Shown: positions 13,688-28,720 of the stretch, one piece after another
Layout of the letters: each line of letters begins with the position of its first letter
Numbering within the stretch: the first letter of the stretch is position 1
Origin: Octopus sinensis
Taxonomy: Eukaryota
Assembly (NCBI RefSeq): GCF_006345805.1
Contig: NC_043015.1
Coordinates: 35,588,001 to 35,652,000 of the forward strand
Direction: 5' to 3'
Length of the DNA stretch: 64,000 bases
The notes under the pieces: generated by a model
The model's input: the letters and a program-made list of their open reading frames with translations, nothing else
Told to the model about the DNA's origin: nothing
The model's database searches: none
Position numbers and translations under genes: made by a program

Positions 13688-14466
13688 TACATATAACAAA
13701 AAAAGGGGCAGAGTAAAAGAGAAAAGGATGGTTTATAGAATTTGGTGAGGATTTTAAAGAAATATTGGAAAATGCGAAAGAATTTGAAGAACAAGTAGAA
13801 TGAAAAATAGACAAAGGACGGAAGAAAATTTCAAGAAAACGAAACTGAAAGTAGAGACTGCAAATTGTGATGTGAGCATCTTCATCCCCGCCCCCCACAC
13901 ACACACACAACACGTACAATGCATGCGCACACCACACATATACAACACACACAACACACGCATACATGCATATGTTTATATATATTTACATATATATATA
14001 TATGAATGTATGCATACATTGCTAGAGACGCTGAAGGCAACATGTACGTGCTAAAGCTTAGACACAAAACATGTCAACATATGCATACACATAATGACAA
14101 CACAGGCTAACAGATGTTTTTGCTGCCTTTAGACGTGTGTACATATGTGTGGTTAAACGGTTGGTGTGCACGCATACGTGATTATGTATGTATGGATCTA
14201 TATATATGAACATATACATATATTTACATATATGTATGCATATCGGTACATGCATAAACTTCTGAGTACACGTCGAAAATAATATAGATACTCCTACATA
14301 TACATATATATGTGTATGTGTTTGTGTGTGTGCGTGTTTGTGTATCTATGTATACATACATCTATATCAGTTAATATATATTTTCAGAGTACCGCATTAT
14401 AACTATTATATGTGTATATAAGATACATATATACGCAATATACATATATAACCATTTTCTCACACA

Positions 14467-14514
14467 GTCTCCGATGAATGGATATAATAAATATACTGGA
14501 AACAGCTGTAAGAC
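14467..14514 (+). ncRNA. Minimal hammerhead-like motif with CCGAUGA (U4C) core; stem II degenerate
   Basis: gtct-CCGATGA-...-GAAAC-agct-GTA-agac. Same family as 47472-47523. Confidence 0.6.
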
Positions 14515-14639
14515 CTATTTATAAATGTTCTAAAATCTTCACACCCCTTGATTTTTTTTTATCTCATTCTGAATATATGTATATATATATATTTCTCATA
14601 TAAATTAGTGGATATTTCTATACACAAAATAGGTGACTA

Positions 14640-14798
14640 ACAGGACACCTTACATGCTGAAAATTGCAGCTAAAACCCAAACCACGGATAAGAGTAATTT
14701 CCAAGGGAATGAAAAATAAAAAAAAAAACATTCCTTTGAAATTATTCTTATCCGTGTTTTGGGTTTAACTGCCCTTTTCAGCATGCAAGGTGTCCTGT
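14640..14798. repeat. Imperfect foldback (~70-bp arms) around an A-rich spacer
   Basis: caggacaccttacatgctgaaaa...gggaatg versus cattcct...ttttcagcatgcaaggtgtcctg. Confidence 0.7.
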
Positions 14799-14899
14799 AT
14801 AGAAACGTACTCTAATTTATATGAAAAATATGTTGTCTATTGACTATTACGCATGCTAGCAACTGGTAGAATATTTCTCTAGGTTTTCTACCTAAATGT

Positions 14900-14934
<35 letters not shown>

Positions 14935-15190
14935 TTAAAATTACTAAGTGGCGACACCTGCTAGATCTGACTACGCTACCTTGACAAGGGGCAAATACTC
15001 TGAAACGCGTCTGTAGCTGTCGGACTGGCAGTGTCAAGCGGCTGACCTCCCTTGTTCGAAGGTTATAATGGATACAGATTGTGTATCAATAGCTATCTTA
15101 AGGCGGTGGCCTCATGGAGCTAATCAGCGGCATCTTTTATTCTTATATCTATAAGAATGCCATATTAATATGGCGATAACAATATATATA

Positions 15191-15239
<49 letters not shown>

Positions 15240-16149
15240 ATGTATGGTGGGGTGTCTCCATGTTTTTTGCTTGACGATAGTGCGCACTACTTTAGTTTGA
15301 GTAAATGCAAATATAACAGCTGGAACCAATCTATTTGACGTTATTCAGGGTTTCTAGAGGAAATACAGTTCTGGGACGTGCTGTACAATGCTTTGTATTT
15401 GCCATAATGAAGTTGGCGCGCTGGCAGAATCATTAGCACGCTGGGCGAAATGCTTAGCGGTATTTCGTCTGTCTTTACGTCCTGAGTTCAAATTCCGCCG
15501 AGGTCGACTTACTGGGGTCGCTTTAATCGACTGGCCTCCCCCCCCCCCCATAATTTCGGGCCTTGTGCTTAGAGTAGAAAAGAAAGTGAAAGCTGGAAAC
15601 AGCAATTGTTTCGGTGTAGGAAGTGGTTCTACTTCTAGAATCTACAAATACTGACAGGAAAAGCAACTTTAGAAAATACTCGCTACTTAACTGTGAATTT
15701 GTATGGTTGTTTTCTCTTGATAGTAGATTTAATAGCTTTTTGATTGCAAATCTCTTTTCGAAGTTTTAAAACCGTAAATTATACATAAATATATTTGAAG
15801 AAGCGTTTAAGATATGTCCCTGAATCTTACAGCCAGCTGTGAGGCTCCAAACAAACAATGCATTGAGACGTATATTTCAAATAACAAAAGATTGATGTAG
15901 AAACAGTGATTTCCAAATCTTCTTATGAAGGTGGACACGTTCACCTGGGGGTTTGCAATTGAAAAGTATACAACATATGAACATGTTTAATGAAATTCAA
16001 GTAGATTTAAGTCTTTGAAATCTGACTAAAACCATAACGAAGAAAGGAGAATTATATGGAAGCACACAATTTTGTATTCCTATTAATAACGAAGGATGCG
16101 GGGGAAACCATTTCAGTAATGTGTAGGATGGAGTGGTACTGATGCAGGT

Positions 16150-16430
16150 ACTTTCCGGTTTGAGAAGTCGTACTTTCGTTTTAAGTAACAAACGTGTTAA
16201 CGAGAAAAGCTTCGGCGACAACTGCAAGGAATTTTCGGGACAAAAATGTTTTATACAGGGAGACCGACTTCAGAAATATCGACATAAGATATATTTTCCC
16301 TCTGACCCATAATAAGATAATTAGTTTATCAAGTAGATTGTTAAACGAAAAGTGCAATCTGAGAGTGGAACAGTAAAAGTATGCGAGACTTTTCCCAAGT
16401 TCCAAATGTGAATCCGTCTGTTTTAACTAT
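16150..16430 (+). mobile_element. Degenerate 3' end of an RLE-type non-LTR retrotransposon
   Basis: Shares aagtgcaatctg..agtggaacagt.aa..tatgcgag.ctttt with 24720-24775, which carries RLE motifs. Confidence 0.45.
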
Positions 16431-16939
16431 ACCCCCAAGACGGAGCCTTGTATCTCTGTTGTAACGTAATTAAATAGGTGAGTAAAAATAAAATAATAAA
16501 AATGAACCTTGGCGAAGTTTAAGCTTAAAATTAAATTTATAAAATAGTCGAAGGCTTTCTTAAACATTAAGTCGAAATATATACCTCATCGTTGCCATGC
16601 AAAATAACCATATATTGTAAAGTCAGATTCAAATGCGACAGTCAAAATATATTTTGAAAGTCAAAAAATATTACCCATACGGTATTTTGTCGGTTGATAT
16701 TTAAAATTTTGTGGCGTGCCTGCAGGAATTTAAGAGCTCGCGTCTCTGGTTCAAAGCATTTTTATCTTGGAACATGATGAAGAGCTTTTCAGTGAGGAAA
16801 AGATGACATTTAGTAATTCGTTTACAAGTTCCATGTCTGTATGCTGATGCATAAGGTTGGCTGCGATTGGTTGAGAAAGGTCGTGCTATGTTGTTGGTAT
16901 ATGAGTAACAGTTGGAAAATACCGCATAGCGAACAGGGA

Positions 16940-17045
16940 ATTGACCATATATATATATGGTATCTATTTCTGACATATATATGGTATCTATTTTGGACAT
17001 ATATATTTTTGAGCACATATATATAGATATCTATTTTGGACATCT
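16940..17045. repeat. Short minisatellite, ~23-nt unit atatatatggtatctattt(c/t)(t/g)gac x ~4
   Basis: Direct inspection. Confidence 0.65.
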
Positions 17046-19064
17046 GGCATTTTGTCTCTTTCGGATCATTGGATAGTATTGTTAATGTTATTAATAAAGA
17101 TGATGGTTTGAGCCTCTCTCTCTCTCTCTCTCTAGCGCACTTACGCACGTTCCCCCGTGCGTACACATATACGTACACTTGCATACACACACAAACACAC
17201 ACGCACACACTCACTTATACATAGAAAAAATAAACGTTTAAAAACAGTGTAAGAGTGGCTGTCTGAACGTGAACGGAGATGTTTTCACAGGAAAGTTATC
17301 GGAGATTGTGAAGATTGGTTTCAAATTTTGGCACAATATTAGCAGTTTGTGAGGGGAGGCTGTAATTTGTTTACATCGACCCTAGTGTTCAACTGGTACG
17401 TATTTCTTTGACTCCGAAAGGATGAAAGGCAATGTCAACCTCAGTGAAATTTAAACTGAGAACGTAAAAATGGACGAAATGCCGTCAAACATTTTGTCCG
17501 GAATAATGAATATTGGGATACCAAAGTCAAAATCATTCTCATAAAATATATATCTATCACAATGAATTATGAATACGTAAGCGATTACAATAATTGAGAT
17601 TATATCTAAGTAAATATACACGAGTAAGTTGATTAGTAAGTTAATTAATAAAGCAAATAATTTCCTCATCTTTAATTTTGAGATGTTTGCTTCCAAACAT
17701 TGGTCTTGTCATGGCTGATGTCTAAAACCACAGTGGATCGGTCAAAGACGCATAAAGCTGGAGGGAAATGGAAGTCGACAGAATGTGTTACACTTGAAGT
17801 GGCACTCCAGCATGGCCACAGGGTGATTTTTAAAATCAAGTAAAGGGAGTATAAAAATGACTTCTTGTATAACGTTCCCTAGACTTGTGTAGGAAAATAA
17901 ACTTTTCTATTCTGGTATTACTCTAAGCTCCTGCCTTGACGGACAATGCCGGCTTCATTAACTTCAATACATCCAAAACACAGACCGACATGTTGAATAA
18001 TATGAAAATACAGTTTTCATATTCTTGTCGTTTTCTCTTACCTTTTCCTCTCTTCCCCCTCTTTCCTCTATTTTTCTTTACTTCCATTTTCCCACATCTC
18101 AACATCTCCAGTTTTGCTGTTTTATATTATACACACTGATACAGTCAAACACACATTAACACACAATTTCTGTGATTGTGTCTCGCACACACATATGAAC
18201 ACAAACATACGAATATACACACATGTATAAACACACACACTCAAAGACACATAGGCACACTCACATGCACGCGCACACATACATGATGACAACCGAGACA
18301 TGAAGACAAATTCACAAACTTCTTTTTTCTCTCATTCCCCCTCGAAAATCATAAAACGAAGAACCTCAATCTTCGTTTTCTTATACAACCGGCAGCTCTC
18401 ACTTATTCAGAAGATATAAAAACAGATTTCACTAAGATTTGGCTCAAAAGAATTCCAAACGAAGACTCGCAGAAGAAACGCAGAACCAAGGAAACGTTCT
18501 CAGCTTTTACGTGAAATAAAGTGTTTTCGTATGAAACGTTTCCAGATTTTTCTCTCTATTATCTTCCACCATTTTTGAATGGTTTCCTTCAGACCTAGTT
18601 CCCGTTCTCACCATTCGTTACTATTGAATGGTTTACTAACGGAGTGCATTAGTTCTTACTGTCTTACCCTCTAACTTCGTATTGCGACTGCACTTACATA
18701 TAGATATGTTTGTACGTTAAAGATCTATATATATATATATAATATATATATATATATTATACATATATATATATATACTACATATATATATATATATATA
18801 CAATTGTATATGTATATATTCATATACACAAATTTGTACGTATATATTTATCTCTCAATTGATATTTCTATTGTTCCTCTTTATATCTACTTACTTGCGA
18901 CACGAATTTATTTTCTAATAGTTTTATATATTTCGCTGAAGATTGACTGGATGTTTTTAAAATTAAAAATATAACCTACGCAAGTTCTTTCGCATAAGAG
19001 ATCTTAATAACACCTGTAAAAGTTCAGGAAGCAAAGTTTTTATGTACCTGCTTATGTGACTATT

Positions 19065-19384
19065 AATACATACATACATACATACATACATACATAAATA
19101 CATATACATACATACATACATACATATATATATATACATACATACATATATATATATACATACATACATATATATATATACATACATATATATATACATA
19201 CATATATATACACATACATACATATATATATACATATATATATATACATACATATATATACACATACATATATATACACATACATACATATATATATACA
19301 TATATATATATACATACATATATATACACATACATACATATACATACATTATATATACATACATATATATATACATATACATAC

Positions 19385-19417
<33 letters not shown>

Positions 19418-19454
19418 CATATACATACATACATACATATATATATATATATAA

Positions 19455-19485
<31 letters not shown>

Positions 19486-19495
19486 TATATATAAT
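19065..19495. repeat. Compound (TA)n/(TACA)n microsatellite
   Basis: Direct inspection. Confidence 0.95.
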
Positions 19496-20286
19496 TATTT
19501 GTAGGATTCATTTGAATCAAGGTATTTTAATGGTAAAATCACCAGGTTAGGGTGGAGATCAGCATGTCGGTCTATATACCTTTCGCAGACATTCCAGCAT
19601 ACAGAGACTTCCGCATGCATTATATGGACCTGTGCAAACGCGTACATATACATGGACACATCAATATATACATGCAAATTATTATGCGTGTATGAAATTA
19701 TATACCCATGCACGCTGTCTTGCAGTTTCACGATTCACTGTGACATTCAAATCGTAAGTAGGGAAGATTCAGGTGAGGGATTTATATAAAGAAAAAATAG
19801 AAATTGGTTAATGTTCACTACAGCTGTTTCAGACACGATTTTATTGATGAATAAACCGATTACATCATGAAAAAAAAACACATTTTATACAGAGTAAAAA
19901 TGTAAGATTTAAAATTTGGTTCGAAAACTATACCAATATACTGAATATCTGTCGACCATCTCATTTTGGCAACATAACGGGATATTCATCAACAGAAAAA
20001 AACGCAACTAAAACAGCTGTAGTGAACCTTAACCCATGTGTTTTTTCTTTTTGCATAACTACATACATTCATTCATTCACACACACACACACACACACAC
20101 ATACTCTGCCTATCTATTTGTGCATACCTGTCAATGCTGTTATGCCATAAGGTCTGAAAATCTAAAGGAGGCCTCAAAGACCTTTTAAGATCCACAAAGA
20201 TCTGAACTGCAGCTCTAGGAGGTTCAAAGCAGATATGCAATTCATGTAGGTGTATTTTCAAATTTTGTATAAGGATTAGACAATCA

Positions 20287-20350
<64 letters not shown>

Positions 20351-20563
20351 ATGTGAAATAGAAAGATGAATAATCTTGTAGTAGATTAATCAAAAGTTTA
20401 ACCGATACCTTAGTAGCAAAAATCACAGCAGTAAACAGCACGGTTGGAGGTACAACCATCTGGCGTTGCAACCGTGCGTTGGTGCGGATAATTGAAATTA
20501 AAACATTATTGGTGAATTGAAGAAATGGAGCTGAACGCAGATTGAACAGAAATCGTTTTATTT

Positions 20564-20645
20564 CATTCTACACGTGTTTCGAAAGGCACAAATTACCAAA
20601 ATCCGATTGAATAATGGGACCATATTGTGTCTTTCTCTTCAGAAG
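20564..20645 (-). ncRNA. Hammerhead-like motif with intact core and extended stem II; weak stem I
   Basis: Minus strand CTGAAGA-gaaag.a.cacaa...ttgtg.c.ctttc-GAAAC-acgt-GTA-gaa. Confidence 0.55.
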
Positions 20646-20837
20646 AAAAAAGGAAATCCGCTGGAAAAACAAAAACAGAACAGAGGCTGAGCAAAAACAA
20701 ATCGAACTATGCTCCTAAGAGCCCATGGCGAAACTGTTTATCAGTGTTTGTTGAGAACCGGTGGCTGAAGAATTCAACGGGTCAGGCATCGGTCAATCAT
20801 GTGGGTGAGGGTGTATAGATGTTCTTTGTGACCGAGC

Positions 20838-21275
20838 ATAAAGTTCTGACTATTTAAGGAATATTGGATGTTTTATAAGGGGCGAGAAAAAATCTACTTA
20901 GAGACGTGTGTGTGTGTATACTGTTCTATATATGTGTGTGTTGGCGTAGGGGTAGAAAACATTTTTTGTGTACGTGTGTGCGTTGATCGTTCGGCTGTCA
21001 GTGGCTACTGCCGTGATAACCGTTGGGTGGCAGAAAGAAAAAAAATATATATATATTATGTTTTATGTTTTTTTCTTTCTGCCACCCAACGGTTATCACG
21101 GCAGTAGCCACTGACAGCCGAACGATCAAACGCACACACGTACACAAAAAATGTTTTCTACCCCTACGCCAACACACACATATATAGAACAGTATACACA
21201 CACACACGTCTCTAAGTAGATTTTTTCTCGCCCCTTATAAAACATCCAATATTCCTTAAATAGTCAGAACTTTAT
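20838..21275. repeat. Near-perfect inverted duplication (~208-bp arms, ~20-nt AT spacer)
   Basis: Arms ~20838-21045 and ~21067-21275 are reverse complements with about one indel. Confidence 0.9.
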
Positions 21276-21530
21276 CCTCTACCAATCAAATCCTATACAA
21301 AACATACACTAATTTGAGCCATGAACTCCCTATAAAAACGGGGCAAACTTCAAACACTGGTCAGAAGCCAGACAGCAGCGACACAAGCCACGTCTTTCTA
21401 TTTCAAGTTTTTGAAAATCAGTGGAAATTATCTTTAAATATAACTGTTTAAACTGTTCTCAGTGCATTTTTAACTTTTATTTTCCCTATATTTCTACCCG
21501 TGGAATAAAAGAACTTTGTTTTCTATTCAG

Positions 21531-21564
<34 letters not shown>

Positions 21565-22395
21565 GATAAAACTGAAAAATACACAAGAAAAACACAACAA
21601 CGCAAGTAACGTGGTGCATGGAAAGTATTAATAAGAGGCTCAGAGATAGAAAAAAAGGGTTTTGTAAAATTTCGAGGAAAGGACATCCTCGGAAACAGGA
21701 GACAGAGGAAAGTCCAAGAGAAAAGGAAAACGGAGGAAAGAAATCACCAACGATCTACATGTAGTTACATTATGCACACACAGACACACACACACAGACA
21801 CACACACACACAGAGGCACACACACAGACACACAGACACACATATTCTTATGCGTGTGGAATAGAAAGTATGAATAAATTGTAATATTATATCTTATGTT
21901 TATTAATAAATGTTTAAAAAAATCTGTCAAGCGGACAAACACCAGAAACTCCCAGAATGACAGATAATTACCAAACCACTTCATACCTCATTCGAACTCG
22001 TAAATTGAGTATCGAAGGTGAATGTTATTGAACTCCTCCATTGGAGACTAATTGATCATTTTACCAACCAACGTATAACATTCACCTGAGGTTAAACAAA
22101 TAATAGGCGTCCATTTATAAATATTCGTGTGGAACTTTTGCTGTTTCTGGAATGTCCGATTTCCTTTTAAAATGCAATATTAGATTTGGTAATCAGCGAG
22201 TCTTTGAATCTTGGTTAAGTAACGGAAATTGCCAATGTCTCTACTGAGTTAACTCAGCTTATTTGATATTGGTACTTCGTTAAATGTCTGCCAAAGGCAT
22301 GTTGCAGGTTTTGTCACGCACACACATACATATACACAATACACATATGTATATATGTAAACAGATACATAGAAGCATACATGCATACAAACATA

Positions 22396-22428
<33 letters not shown>

Positions 22429-22637
22429 AATATATCTATATGGAAACATATCTATCTATACATACATATATAAATATATACTTACGCATACACATATATA
22501 CATATAAATCTATATGTATATATGCATACCTACATATATATAGATATATATTATGTACATATATGGATATACATTGCATCTACGTACTTATATGTATCTT
22601 TTATGAATGTATATATACGCGGACACACACACACACA

Positions 22638-22679
<42 letters not shown>

Positions 22680-23223
22680 CAAACAGGAGGAAAAGGTAAG
22701 AGCAGAAGGTGAGAAAGAGGAAGAGATAGAGATAGTCAAACAGAGTGAAAGAGAGAGAGAGAGAGAGAGAGTGAGTGAGAGATGTGTGGAGGAGAATTTG
22801 AAATTTGTCAGAATGCTTCTGGAATCGAACCGGGGAATCGTTGTAGTTAAAGAAGAATCCGGTTATTTGTATCCACGATGAGATTCTCGATCTGCATCCT
22901 CGTCTATAACCATTTTAACACACCATTATACCACACATACACACCCACCCACACACACACACACATATATATATATATGGGATATTTTCCTTATCGAAGT
23001 ACGATAAACTGAAAAAAGTTATTAATATTTCACGGTAGGCAGCGCTAGGGTTGCGAACATGCGAATAAAAGTATAGGTTAAAGAATCTATCTATCTATCT
23101 TTCCTTCTTTCCTGAGCGTCCAATAATACTATATTTGTTCCACGTCCTCGCGTTGTTGTGTTCTTTTTGTGCTTTCTTGTTTGGATTAACTTTATATATA
23201 TATATATATATAATATATATATA

Positions 23224-23254
<31 letters not shown>

Positions 23255-24429
23255 CGTACAGTTAGAATAGTCAGTGGGATGTTAGGTAGACGTGAGTGTG
23301 TGTGTGTGTATGTATGTATGTATATGCATATGCATGTAGGTAAATGGATATGAATGTAAACAGATAGACATAGAGATGAATAGGTACATAGCTAGTTAGA
23401 ACAGTTAAGCACACACACACATACGCGAATGTAGACAAGCACACGACCATATACAAACACGCACACTTCACACGGACACATATGGAGGCACACATCCATA
23501 CATGACAGACGCACGGGCATAGTCACAAAAGCTCATACACAGACATGCGCACACAAGGTGACAGATGTACACACACACACACATGCAAACACGAACACAT
23601 ACAATCATACAAACATATGAATATGCAGTATACATACATACAAACGTACACAAATACATACATATATGTTCACTCACACACACACACATAGATGCATACA
23701 TATCTATGTGTATGCGCACGCACATTGACCCACACACATGCGGACAAACATACAAGAAGAACGCAGCTCGGATAACGGACAGAGTCAAGGAAAATGTAAA
23801 GGTTGCAGGACGCATCGAAAATTTTAGAAAAATAATTAAGTGCAAGTTTATAAGGAATTTTTAGACGATTTAGGTATTTTGCCATTTTGAAGTTGAAGTT
23901 TTTATTCCTACATTTATCAACCTCTCATTCGTTTTGCCCCATGTTTATTACGTATAACTCTTTCCATCTAATCTTTATGCGATTTTATATATTTTCATAT
24001 TTCTTCTGTATTTTTTATGTATGTTTGGTTCTATTCTTTATACCCTTGGAGAATCTTTACGCCTCTACATGCATGATTTATGTTGAGGTGTATAAGTATA
24101 TAGAATTCAATTACAATGATTGAATAGCTTCATTTATGCATTCGGGTATCTGTTTGACTGCCTAAGATTTGAGTTTTCAATTTCCTGTACTCTGTATTTT
24201 TTCGCATTGACTCTCTATGAGCACTCCGAAAAGATCCCATACTTTCTATAACATAATATTACACACACACATATACATATATTCATATACTAACATATCC
24301 GTAAACCTGCCTTCGTCTTTTGTCTATTTTCATAAAGCTTCCCGTTACATATCTACATGCTTACCTACCTACCTACCATACATACATTGCTAAAACAATT
24401 TACAATGACATTCGCAAAAAAGACTGTCC

Positions 24430-24790
24430 TGAAATAAACTTAGAGAATCCCTCCTTTAATTGTATACATTCATAAGCATACACCCAAGGAATACTGGTAG
24501 AATATTCCTATCAAATCTTCTGCCAAATGTAAGCATAACAGGCCGGATATTTTTGTCTGGGACGGAAGGGCAAAGGTGTGTTCTATATCCAGACTATGAA
24601 TTCATATTCATACCAATAAGAATTGGTGCACTAGATTTTTTTGGTAAATGCTTAAAGGAGAATCTGGATTAACTGGGATTTTCAGAAAGAGAAATCGACC
24701 GGCTGATTCATACATTAGAAGTGCAATCTGTGAGTGGAACAGTGAAGATATGCGAGTCTTTTCTAAAGTTCAACATGTGTTAATTACATC
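24430..24790 (+). mobile_element. Degenerate RLE (restriction-like endonuclease) non-LTR retrotransposon 3' fragment
   Basis: KHNRPDIFVWD (PD motif) and EFIFIPIRIGALD (typical IPI.IGALG), in different frames. Confidence 0.7.
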
Positions 24791-24871
24791 CAAAAGACTG
24801 AGCCTTGTATTTTTGCTGGAGACAGGATCCCCCGTCAGTGGAAGATTTATAACTAAAACATGACAGAGACA

Positions 24872-24907
<36 letters not shown>

Positions 24908-25269
24908 TATACAAATTTCCGATGCGTTTGTTTGTATTTGCGTGCACTCAAGAAATAGATAATATTCGCTGCATCTGGAAATTAGCTCAAAGCATTTCTA
25001 ACGTTGATTCAACAAACAGGAAGTAATTATAGGCCCCGGATGAGACGCAAGACTTTGTACGGACAGATGTACAGACATTTGATGTATGTCTAGAAGGGAC
25101 TGAGATTCAAGTATCTAAATGTTAATATTTTGTTTAGAGACTGAAATGAAACACTTGAAAAGAGTTTAAATGATAATCAGTCTTCTCCTAATTCCGGGAA
25201 ATAGATAATTGTCTATGTTGCACCGTATGTGTTTATGAGCTCGTTTTACATATGTTTGGCTGTATGTTT

Positions 25270-25973
25270 GTATGAAAGTAAGCACAGGTATGTATATATA
25301 TATGCGTGTGTGTATGTGCGTATACATACATAAATTTATATACATACATACATTTATATAAATATACATATATATATATTCATATATACATACGTATATA
25401 TATATATACATACATACATATATATACACACATACATATATATATACACACATACATATAATATATACACATACATATATATATATATACATATATATAT
25501 ATACATACATATATATATTATATACATATATATAATACATACATATATATATATACATACATATATATATATATACATATATATAATACATAATATATAT
25601 ATATATACATATATATATATACATACATATATATATATATACATACATACATATATATATACATACATACATATATATATATCATACATACATATATATA
25701 TACATACATATATATATATATACATACATACATATATATATACATACATACATATATATATATACATACATACATATATATATACATACATACATATATA
25801 TATACATACATACATACATACATATATATATACATACATACATACATATATATATACATACATACATACATATATATATACATATATACATACATATATA
25901 TATACATATATACATACATACATATATACATATATACATACATACATATATACATATATACATACATACATAT

Positions 25974-26004
<31 letters not shown>

Positions 26005-26623
26005 CATATATACATACCATACATATATACATATATATATACATACATACATATATATACATATATACATACATACATATATATATATACATATATATAC
26101 ATATATACATACATACATATATATATATACATACATACATATATATACATATATACATACATACATATATATATATATACACACATATATATACATATAT
26201 ACATACATACATATATATATATATATACACACATATATATATACACATATATATACATACATATATATATACACACATACATACATATATATATACATAT
26301 ATATATACATACATATATATATACATACATACATACATACATATATATATACATACATACATACATATATATATACATACATACATATATATATACATAC
26401 ATACATATATATATACATACATACATACATATATATATACATACATACATATATATAATATACATACATACATATATATATACATACATACATATATATA
26501 TATACATACATACATATATATACATATATACATACATATACATATATACATACATATACATATATACATACATATACATATATACATACATATACATACA
26601 TACATATATATACATATATACAT
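25270..26623. repeat. ~1.35-kb compound (TA)n/(TACA)n array
   Basis: Direct inspection. Confidence 0.95.
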
Positions 26624-26853
26624 AGCAATAAAGGGTTTAGCAACGAATTGCCTTACCACAGACCGAATTTAGAAATAGCAGTCAAAGAGTTATAGCTTTT
26701 GACTGCTATTTCTAAATTCGGTCTGTGGTAAGGCAATTCGTTGCTAAACCCTTTATTGCTTAGTATTACTTAAATTTTCCTCGAATGAGGCATTGACATG
26801 CCGAAGACTACTTGGTGTAATTGATAATTATTCCAAATTAATTAATTTCACCC
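26624..26853. mobile_element. Perfect foldback (63-bp arms, 11-nt spacer) plus family-B-like tail
   Basis: Arms 26624-26686 and 26698-26760 are exact reverse complements. Shares accgaatttagaaa and a ...ctacttggt...aattaattt(c/t)accc tail with the 57650-57927 copy. Confidence 0.85.
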
Positions 26854-27846
26854 TACATATATACATACATACATATATATACATACATACATACATATAT
26901 ATACATATATACATACATACATATATATACATATATACATACATACATATATATACATATATACATACATACATATATATACATATATACATACATACAT
27001 ATATATATACATATATACATACATACATACATATACATATATACATACATACATACATATACATATATACATACATACATACATATACATATATACATAC
27101 ATACATACATATACATATATACATACATACATATACATATATACATACATATATATACATATATACATACATACATATACATATATACATACATACATAT
27201 ACATATATACATACATACATATATATATATACATATATACATACATACATATATATATACTTATATACATACATATACATACATACATATATATATATAT
27301 ACATATATACATACATACATATATATATACATATATACATACATACATATATATATATATACATATATACATACATACATATATATATACTTATATACAT
27401 ACATACATATATATATATACATATATACATACATACATATATATATATACATATATACATACATATATATATATACATATATATATATACATATATATAT
27501 ATACATATATACATACATACATATATATACATACATACATATATATACATATATACATACATACATATATATACATATATACATACATACATATACATAT
27601 ATACATACATACATATACATATATACATACATACATATAAATACATATATACATACATACATATAAATACATATATACATACATACATATAAATACATAT
27701 ATACATACATACATATATATACATATATACATACATACATATATATACATACATACATATATATACATATATATACATATATATATACACATATATATAT
27801 ACACACATACATATATATACATACATACATACATACATATATATAC

Positions 27847-27884
<38 letters not shown>

Positions 27885-28072
27885 ACACACACATACATAT
27901 ATGTATATATACATACATACATATATATATATATATACATACATACATATATGTATATATACATACATACATATATATATATATACATACATACATATAT
28001 ATATATACATACATACATATATATATATATACATACATACATATATGTATATATACATACATACATATATAT

Positions 28073-28103
<31 letters not shown>

Positions 28104-28209
28104 CATACATATATGTATATATACATACATACATATATATATATATACATACATATATATATATATACATACATATATATATATATATACATACATAACA
28201 TATATATAC

Positions 28210-28274
<65 letters not shown>

Positions 28275-28625
28275 CATACATATATATATATACATACATA
28301 CATATATATACACACATACATATATATACACACATACATGTATATATATATACATACATATATATACATATACATATATATACACACATACATGTATATA
28401 TATATACATACATATATATACATATACATATATATATATACATACATATATATACATATACATATATATACATATATATATATACATACATATATATATA
28501 CATATATATATATATACATATACATAGATATACATACATACATATATATATACATAGATATACATACATACATATATATATACATAGATATACATACACA
28601 CATATATATATACATAAATATACAT

Positions 28626-28665
<40 letters not shown>

Positions 28666-28678
28666 CATATATATATAC

Positions 28679-28709
<31 letters not shown>

Positions 28710-28720
28710 TGTATGTATGT
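26854..28720. repeat. ~1.87-kb compound (TA)n/(TACA)n array, switching to (TATG)n at ~28680
   Basis: Direct inspection. Confidence 0.95.
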
